A stretch of DNA of 32,000 nucleotides. Source: Candidatus Korarchaeum cryptofilum OPF8. GTDB taxonomy: Archaea; Korarchaeota; Korarchaeia; Korarchaeales; Korarchaeaceae. Of this stretch, positions 26,177-32,000 are shown piece after piece. The notes beneath the pieces are model-generated. The model saw only the letters and a program-made list of their open reading frames with translations. It searched no databases and was not told the origin of the DNA. Numbering within the stretch: position 1 is the stretch's first letter; the number at the start of each line of letters is the position of its first letter. The stretch is taken from NCBI RefSeq assembly GCF_000019605.1, contig NC_010482.1, positions 600,001-632,000 on the forward strand, written 5' to 3'. A program made the position numbers and the translations under genes.

Positions 26177-27197
26177 GCTCTTCGATGAAAGACCGAAGGA
26201 GAGGAGGGAGGACCTTTACGATAGGGAGAGGGAGATAGATGAGATAAAGGGGAACGTTGGGAGGTCCATCATCCTCATAACTGGGATAAGGAGGATTGGA
26301 AAGACTTCAGTGCTCAAAGTGGCCCTGAATGAGGTAGATATTCCAGCAGTGATAGTAGATGCTAGGGGGCTCAGGAGGAACTACAGCAGGGCCGATCTCT
26401 ACAGGCTCATAGCTCACGGGCTCACTAGCTCCCTCGATAAGCTGAGGGATCTCATCTCAGGGATAAGGGTCATGGGCCTCGAGGTTGAGCTCTCTTGGAG
26501 GGGGAGGGATTCCCTGAGCCTCATAGAGCTATTCGATAAGCTCAATGAGAGGAAGATTATCATAGCTATTGATGAAGCTCAGAGGCTCAGGGGACCTCAG
26601 TCAAATGAGTTGAAAGATGCTCTCGCTCATTCCTACGATAATAGGAATATAACCTTCATCCTGACTGGATCCGAGGCGGGCCTCCTTCATGATTTCGTAG
26701 GTGTTGAGGACGCCAGCTCACCCCTCTATGGGAGGTTCTACTTTGAGGTGAAGTTGGATAGGCTGAGCAGGGATCAATCGATCGATTTCCTGAGTAAGGG
26801 CTTCGAGCAGTTGAATCTGAGGGTTAGTGAGGAAGTCCTGGAGAGGGCTTACGAGGAGTTCGATGGAATACCGGGATGGCTTACTTTCTTCGGGAACGCT
26901 TACTCGAGTGGAATTAGCTTAGAGAGGATAAAGATCATGGCAGTGAGGACTGCTCTGGAGGAGCTTAAGAACATGATAAGGGATAATCCCAGGAGATATG
27001 GGCTAGTTTTAAGGGCTATAGCAGAGGGGAAGAGGAGCTGGAGCGATATTAAGGAGTACGTTGAGGAGAGGGAGGGATCCATGATTTCAAGCAGCGTCCT
27101 GAGCAATATCATCAGGAATTTGGAGGATATGAGCGTGATAAGCAGATATGAATTCCTCGATCCTGTCTATAGGGAAGCGGCGAAGCTCCTTGAATAG
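26175..27197 (+). CDS. Archaeal ATPase (Arch_ATPase/AAA+ with C-terminal DUF234-like wHTH), paralogue 1
   Basis: N-terminus (V)LFDERPKERREDLYDRE is typical of this family. Walker A GIRRIGKTS, Walker B IIAIDEAQ, then TGSEAGLL and PLYGR. The track start is 26127; GTG 26175 is preferred by alignment with family N-termini and with paralogue 2. Confidence 0.85.
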   Translation: MLFDERPKERREDLYDREREIDEIKGNVGRSIILITGIRRIGKTSVLKVALNEVDIPAVIVDARGLRRNYSRADLYRLIAHGLTSSLDKLRDLISGIRVMGLEVELSWRGRDSLSLIELFDKLNERKIIIAIDEAQRLRGPQSNELKDALAHSYDNRNITFILTGSEAGLLHDFVGVEDASSPLYGRFYFEVKLDRLSRDQSIDFLSKGFEQLNLRVSEEVLERAYEEFDGIPGWLTFFGNAYSSGISLERIKIMAVRTALEELKNMIRDNPRRYGLVLRAIAEGKRSWSDIKEYVEEREGSMISSSVLSNIIRNLEDMSVISRYEFLDPVYREAAKLLE

Positions 27198-27241
27198 CTA
27201 CCCAGGGCTGGAATGCATAGCTTTTAATTCGATGGTGCCTC

Positions 27242-27283
27242 ACTAACGGGGGGAGTTAGTAACTAACGGGGGGAGTTAGTAAC
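27242..27283 (+). repeat. Tandem direct repeat ACTAACGGGGGGAGTTAGTA x2 (period 20); each copy is an inverted repeat (ACTAAC-GGGGGGA-GTTAGT)
   Basis: Copies at 27242-27261 and 27262-27281, plus 2 nt of a third copy. They lie between an A/T box (27221-27230) and GTG 27294. Confidence 0.8.
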
Positions 27284-27293
27284 GTACTTCGAT

Positions 27294-28373
27294 GTGAACC
27301 CGAAGGAGAGGAAGGAGGACTTGTACGATAGGGAGGAGGAGCTCAGGAGTATTTCAGAAGCGTTGAACTTGAGGGAGAGGTTGATCATAGTCTATGGGAT
27401 AAGGAGGATTGGGAAGACGAGTTTAATGAGAGTCTCCCTGGGGGATTATCCTCACGTCCTTCTGGACATGAGGAAGCTTTACTTCAGTGAGAACACTGTG
27501 ACGATGCCCCTCTTGGTCAAGTATATCTTAGAAGGATTCAGGGAGCAAATGAAAGCCAGCGAGAAGCTTTATTTAGGCTTAAGGGATGCTATCAGTAGGA
27601 TAAAGGGACTGAGAATTGGGGAGATCGGTATTGAGATAGAGCCCAATGCCAAGGTGTCCCTCACGGATGTCCTCTCCAGGGTTAACGATTGGTGCGAGGA
27701 GAGAGGTGAGAGGTTCGTCTTCGCGTTCGATGAAGCTCAGTACCTCAGGTTTTCAAACATCAGATACGATGGGATAATCGCGTGGGCAGTTGATAACTTG
27801 GAAAATCTCAGTTTCCTGCTCTCTGGAAGCGAAATTGGTGTTTTAAGGGATTTTCTGAGGATCGATGAGCCTGGAGCACCTCTATTCGGGAGGTACAGGA
27901 GGGAAGTTTATGTCGATAGGTTCACGGAGGAGGAGAGCTTCGACTTCCTCCATAGAGGCTTCAGGGAGTTGGGAGTAGAGCCGAAGGTCGATGAGATAGA
28001 GGATACTTTAAAAACGCTCGATGGTATAGTCGGATGGCTCACTTTATACGGTTACATGAGAGCCGTGAGGAAGCTCCCGCATGAAGATGCGCTGGCTAAA
28101 GTGTTCGAGGAGGGATCGAAGCTAGTGATGGAGGAACTCGATAAAGTGATCTCACCATCTAGAAAAAGATATTTGGCTATAATGAAAGCTGTCGCCCATG
28201 GCTCGAGCTCTTGGAGCGATATAAAAGCCTATGTAACTGCTAGGACAGGGCCAATCCCGGACAGTAGGCTCGATGAACTCTTGGGGAATTTGATCAAGTA
28301 CGGTTATCTGGAGAAGAACGATGAATACAGGATACCCGATCCCATCGTGAAGCGTGCGGTCATCAGTTCATGA
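27294..28373 (+). CDS. Archaeal ATPase (Arch_ATPase/AAA+ with C-terminal DUF234-like wHTH), paralogue 2
   Basis: NPKERKEDLYDREEEL, Walker A GIRRIGKTS, Walker B VFAFDEAQ, then SGSEIGVL and PLFGR. Collinear with paralogue 1 throughout. Confidence 0.85.
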   Translation: MNPKERKEDLYDREEELRSISEALNLRERLIIVYGIRRIGKTSLMRVSLGDYPHVLLDMRKLYFSENTVTMPLLVKYILEGFREQMKASEKLYLGLRDAISRIKGLRIGEIGIEIEPNAKVSLTDVLSRVNDWCEERGERFVFAFDEAQYLRFSNIRYDGIIAWAVDNLENLSFLLSGSEIGVLRDFLRIDEPGAPLFGRYRREVYVDRFTEEESFDFLHRGFRELGVEPKVDEIEDTLKTLDGIVGWLTLYGYMRAVRKLPHEDALAKVFEEGSKLVMEELDKVISPSRKRYLAIMKAVAHGSSSWSDIKAYVTARTGPIPDSRLDELLGNLIKYGYLEKNDEYRIPDPIVKRAVISS

Positions 28374-28863
28374 AGCCTCCGTGCATTATTAAGAGCCCAA
28401 CTAGAGCGGAGAGACTCTGATAATCTATGCTATGCTTAAGAACTCATTGAATCAATGATCCCAGCGAATTGAAACGAGAGCTTGAATTCTCTGAGAATCT
28501 AATGATGGCGCCTCCTTTGAGTGTGAGGTTAACGAGGGAAGGGATACCGATTCCGGAGGAGCTTTTTCAAGGAGGTAATGCTTTCAATAAGTTGAAGCAA
28601 GTCCTAGCTACATTGAGACGCTCGCAGATGAGGATGCCCCAGAGAGCGTAAGGAAGGGCGGAGAGGAGATCGTCAGGGAGATATGTGAAATGTTCGATAG
28701 AGGATCTGGATAATTTTGAAGGGGATCTGAACTCCACTTTTAAGGACGGAGCCTCCAATTGATAATAAGAGATATCAAAGTTTCCGCCGACCTCCAGCTC
28801 TATTTTGAAGGATAATCCGGGATCAACTATCCGGTTTTTATAGGATCTCCCCTCAGTTAGACT

Positions 28864-29622
28864 GTGGAGAGGGGTTACGATCCCATAGCCCTCGCTGAGG
28901 TAACGAGGAGGATCGTCGAGAGGGATGGGGGCAGGAAGTACTACAGGTTCAGAGGGGGCAGGTGGTACGGCGGAATAGCTACTGCTGATTGCGTTGGCTG
29001 CAACCTGAGGTGCATCTTCTGCTGGAGCAACACGCCTAGGGATAATCCGGCCATGGGCTGGGGGTTCTACAGCCCCGAGGAGGTATATCGCAACTTAGTA
29101 AAAATAGCTGAGAGGAGGGGCTACAGGCTGCTCAGAGTATCCGGGAACGAGCCAACGATATGCTGGGATCACTTGATGAAGATCCTCGAGCTAGTAGAGG
29201 AGGATGGACGCTTCAAGTTCATCCTGGAGACGAACGGTACCCTTATAGATGAAGCGAAGGCTTATGACTTATCCATGTTCAGGAGGGTCCACGTGAGGGT
29301 ATCCCTGAAAGGGGCGTGCGAGGAGGAGTTCAGCCTCCTCACCGGAGCTAGGCCAGAGGCCTTCGAGCTGCAGCTCAATGCATTGAAGCATCTAGCTGAT
29401 CAAAATGTCCCAGCCCATCCGGCTGTCATGCTCTCCTTCTCAAGTGAGGAGAGCTTAGGGAAGCTCATAGAGAGGCTGAATGAGATAGATCCAGTTTATG
29501 TGAGGGAGCTGGAGGAGGAGTATGTTTTTCTCTACCCTCACGTCAAGGAGAGGCTGAGAAGAGCTGGGATTATACCAAAAGTGGCATATGAGCCTGATAG
29601 AGTGCCAGAGGACCTCGTATGA
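28864..29622 (+). CDS. Radical SAM domain protein (COG5014-like archaeal family)
   Basis: CxxxCxxC cluster motif CNLRCIFC (28999-29022), preceded by YGGIATADCVG. SGNEPT is a GGEP-like SAM-binding element. FILETNG. GTG start, with a TTTTTATAGG box about 22 nt upstream. Confidence 0.85.
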   Translation: MERGYDPIALAEVTRRIVERDGGRKYYRFRGGRWYGGIATADCVGCNLRCIFCWSNTPRDNPAMGWGFYSPEEVYRNLVKIAERRGYRLLRVSGNEPTICWDHLMKILELVEEDGRFKFILETNGTLIDEAKAYDLSMFRRVHVRVSLKGACEEEFSLLTGARPEAFELQLNALKHLADQNVPAHPAVMLSFSSEESLGKLIERLNEIDPVYVRELEEEYVFLYPHVKERLRRAGIIPKVAYEPDRVPEDLV

Positions 29623-29718
29623 ACCATCAGGGGTAGGGCTCTTTACCTCATACTGTTTCTGGAGAGCCTTAAATGGGTAGAGGAGGATCGACCTTAAATA
29701 TGTGTATAGTGCAAATAT

Positions 29719-30102
29719 GTGATGGATATTCAACTAGTTGTGAGGAAGCTACTCGAGTACGACCCGGAAATAGTGGAGATAGTCCAATTCGGTTCCTCAG
29801 TTTACGCGCCTGAGCACGCCAGGGATCTGGATCTCCTCGTCATAACGGGGAGGATGAAGGAGTACAACGGATATCTGGATGCTGTAGCTGACTTCAACGC
29901 AGATATAATAGTCCTTGAAGTTGGGAAAATCCCCGAGGAGAGCCTCCTCAGGGGGGTGATTGGATCGTTCAAACCCCTCTATGGGGATGGGAGGTTCCTC
30001 CTCAACTACGCGAAGCTCCTAGGGGATCCCTCATTCGAGGAAGCTAGGGCATCTTTAAGAGCAGCACTGGATTATCTCGAACTCTCTAAGAGGACATATT
30101 AG
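29719..30102 (+). CDS. Minimal nucleotidyltransferase (MNT-type) domain protein whose C-terminus runs into the first helix of a HEPN-like domain
   Basis: The motif VQFGSSVYAPEHARDLDLLVI matches the GS...DxD pol-beta NTase signature. The C-terminal segment SFEEARASLRAALDYLELSK looks like HEPN helix 1. Confidence 0.75.
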   Translation: MMDIQLVVRKLLEYDPEIVEIVQFGSSVYAPEHARDLDLLVITGRMKEYNGYLDAVADFNADIIVLEVGKIPEESLLRGVIGSFKPLYGDGRFLLNYAKLLGDPSFEEARASLRAALDYLELSKRTY

Positions 30103-30384
30103 TGAGGGAGAGATACGTAAAAGAAGCATTCGACGCTCTTTTCCATGCAGCGAGGATAGCATCAATGGTCTATCTCTCAACAGAGGTGGGGAGATGGGGG
30201 ACCATCAGAAAGGGACTTGAGGAGCCCTACAGAACGTTTCAATGATTTCTTGGAGGTGCTTCACATAAAGTACTTTTATAATGGGGAGTATCCGAGAGAG
30301 GGGCTTGAGGAGGAGTTCCATAAATGGTTCAGGAGAGTTGAGGATTATATCTCGAGCTTAGAATCGAAAGTTAAATCTAGATGA
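30102..30384 (+). pseudogene. HEPN-like domain remnant, interrupted by a frameshift near 30235-30245
   Basis: Frame A (30102-30245) reads VRERYVKEAFDALFHAARIASMVYLSTEVGRWGTIRKGLEEPYRTFQ*. Frame B (30235-30384) reads RFNDFLEVLHIKYFYNGEYPREGLEEEFHKWFRRVEDYISSLESKVKSR*. Together they resemble the remaining HEPN helices. Both pieces fall below the ORF-track length cut-off. Confidence 0.5.
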
Positions 30385-30421
30385 CCTCTAGCACCTCAGA
30401 ATGTTTTTAGGAGGTTCATAA

Positions 30422-31272
30422 ATGGTGGCATGCTTTTACGCATTCATTGAGAGGATAAGTGGTGGCTTGGAGCCTCGGGAGTATTCTTCGATCCACGGAT
30501 TATATTGGGCCTGTGACACGCGCATTAAAGTAGCGGGATCTCATATTGAAGCTACTAGCTGCTGGGATGAGCTGTGGAGGTACTTCCTCTCAGCTTTCCG
30601 GAATATGCGAGGGTGAGAGAGGTTGAATTGAGGATCAGTGAGTACAGCAGAATTCTCTCGGCTTTTGATGAATATCTCGAGACCGGAGGATTTCCCAGGA
30701 GCATAAATGGAGATGAAAGATTTCCGGAGGATCTAATTGCCAGCATCGAGATGGACTCCGTTAAGTCGGGAAGAAATCCCAGGATTCTGAGGCTTATAGC
30801 TAAATCGATAATAGAGAAGGCTCCTAGTGCCATCAGCTTCAACTCAATCGCTGGAGATCTTGGGATATCGCACAACACTGTCCATGATTATGTAAGGCTG
30901 ATGGAGGACATGTTCCTCCTTGGAGTAGCTTACTTAAAGGAAGATGGGAAGATCATCTACAGAAGGGAGAAGAAGATCTTCATCAGGGATCCATTCATTG
31001 CAATATCTCTCTCAAAGCTCCTCGGGGCGGATCTCTCAAGAGCAGCTCTCCTTGAGTGGGTCGTTCAGGAGCACGTCCTAAGGGCATTCGGGGAAGTTTA
31101 CTTCTGGAGGAATGGACTCGAGGTGGATGTCATTTCTGGAAAGCTGAAAGTCGAGGTTAAGGCTGGAAAGCCTCACAGGAGATATCCCAGAGGTGTCACA
31201 GTCCTTTCCGAAGAGGATATACCGGCTTTCCTCCTGAACTTAGAAGATAGGGAAATCAGACTTCCTAACTAG
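30422..31272 (+). pseudogene. COG1373-type AAA+ ATPase (AAA_14 + DUF4143), 5'-truncated and frameshifted
   Basis: 30574-31272 encodes the conserved post-ATPase part (LPLSFPEY...ETGGFPRS...) and a DUF4143-like end with EVDVISGKLKVEVKAGK. 30422-30573 in another frame retains IKVAGSHIE (compare vtGSs). The Walker A region is absent. Confidence 0.6.
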
Positions 31273-31279
31273 GAAACGG

Positions 31280-31891
31280 TCATCTGCTCTCCAGGATCTT
31301 CCTTATCTCAGCAGGTCTCCTCACTATCTTGACCCCCATCCTATCAGCGAAATCAGCGACTCTCTTTGGTATAATCCCTGATCTCGAGTATATTATCAGG
31401 AGATCCGGTTTCCTTCCCCAATCCTCCTCTATAACGCCGATCCCATCCTTCAGCTGCCTTACGTCCTCTATCTTAGGCTTTATCGCTATATCTATGGATG
31501 CTAAGATTCCCCTTCCCTCTATCACGATATCCGCCCCCGCTCCATCCCAGATGAAGACCTCGTAATCCGGGGCATTCTTCCTGAACCATCCCTGAAGCAT
31601 CAATCCAGTTCTGAACTCCACATCCCTTCCCCTCAGCCTCCCAGTTTCCCCGAGAAGTCTTTTCACGTTTTCAGTCAGTTTATCTATGTTTTCAGTACTC
31701 TTATCAACTTTCTCCGTCAATTTTGCTATATTCTCAGTATTTCTATCAATTTCCCTCTCTATATGGAATATTAAATCTAGGAGAGGCTTGAACACATCTC
31801 TGAACACTATCCTTCCCGCTTCCTCGTATTTTCCTCTCCTTATAGCCTCTAGCACGACATCCTCAGCCTTCTTCAATGCTTCTTCCATCAT
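31280..31891 (-). CDS. DUF3782-like protein: N-terminal coiled coil with TENI-type repeats plus a C-terminal restriction-endonuclease-like domain
   Basis: Repeats NTENIAKLTEKVDKSTENIDKLTENVKRL. The C-terminal segments GADIVIEG...ASIDIAIKPK...PDLLIIYS are compatible with a PD-(D/E)xK-like core. Confidence 0.55.
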   Translation of the reverse strand: MMEEALKKAEDVVLEAIRRGKYEEAGRIVFRDVFKPLLDLIFHIEREIDRNTENIAKLTEKVDKSTENIDKLTENVKRLLGETGRLRGRDVEFRTGLMLQGWFRKNAPDYEVFIWDGAGADIVIEGRGILASIDIAIKPKIEDVRQLKDGIGVIEEDWGRKPDLLIIYSRSGIIPKRVADFADRMGVKIVRRPAEIRKILESR

Positions 31892-32000
31892 GGCAATACC
31901 TTAAGATGATCTTAAAAAGATTACAAAGGTCATCCAATCCATTAAGATGCGCTGCGATGGCCTATGTGCCTGTCAGCCTCTCCTTCAACAAGTTTATTAT

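Noticed and set aside
27242-27283. CRISPR-like repeats
   Set aside because: There are only two directly abutting 20-bp copies with no spacers. The 26143-26176 block likewise has two copies. No array, leader or cas genes occur anywhere in the window.
28469-28758. ORFs 28469-28651 (+) and 28567-28758 (-) as real genes
   Set aside because: They overlap each other, have no motifs, and one relies on a TTG start. They are treated as part of an unresolved non-coding or decayed region.
31905-31970. Inverted repeat TTAAGA-TGA-TCTTAA and a second TTAAGATG copy upstream of the DUF3782-like gene as a regulatory site
   Set aside because: The motifs are short, A/T-rich and located in promoter-like DNA at the window edge. 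There is too little context to separate them from chance.

Overview
The window looks like an archaeal chromosome segment, probably from a hyperthermophile. Support: strong AGG/AGA/ATA codon preference, A/T-rich TATA-like boxes about 25 nt upstream of many start codons (leaderless mRNAs), an XPB-Bax1 pair, a type-A RNase P RNA and several archaeal-type ATPases. A Korarchaeota- or Thermoproteota-like source is my unverified guess. Gene density is high and neighbouring genes often overlap by 1-20 nt. From 1 to about 22.9 kb the content is mostly core. It holds a partial Mth938-like gene, tatC, a SAM methyltransferase, an encapsulin with a fused ferritin-like domain, and an RNase P RNA that the ORF track misreads as three G+C-rich ORFs. 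It continues with an HTH + DUF438/hemerythrin/PAS operon, an MFS transporter, an SDR-gcvPA-gcvPB-NAD-kinase-like operon, envelope proteins, XPB-Bax1, a large secreted GH114-like protein, a Cys-phosphatase and rubredoxin. The best candidate for an undescribed system is at 5329-7877. It is a translationally coupled pair: a 257-aa helical, wHTH-like protein and a ~590-aa AAA+ ATPase carrying an internal PD-(D/E)xK-like nuclease signature and a C-terminal wHTH-like segment. From about 23.1 kb to the window end the content looks accessory. It holds a lone TnpB (IS200/IS605-type) with structured 3' DNA, an ArsB/NhaD-type permease, and two tandem Arch_ATPase paralogues whose leaders each carry two tandem palindromes at homologous positions. 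It also holds a radical SAM gene, a nucleotidyltransferase-HEPN unit broken by a frame excursion, a 5'-truncated and frameshifted DUF4143 ATPase, and a DUF3782-like coiled-coil/nuclease-like gene. I found no CRISPR array, rRNA or tRNA. All family assignments rest on motif recognition by eye; no database search was run.
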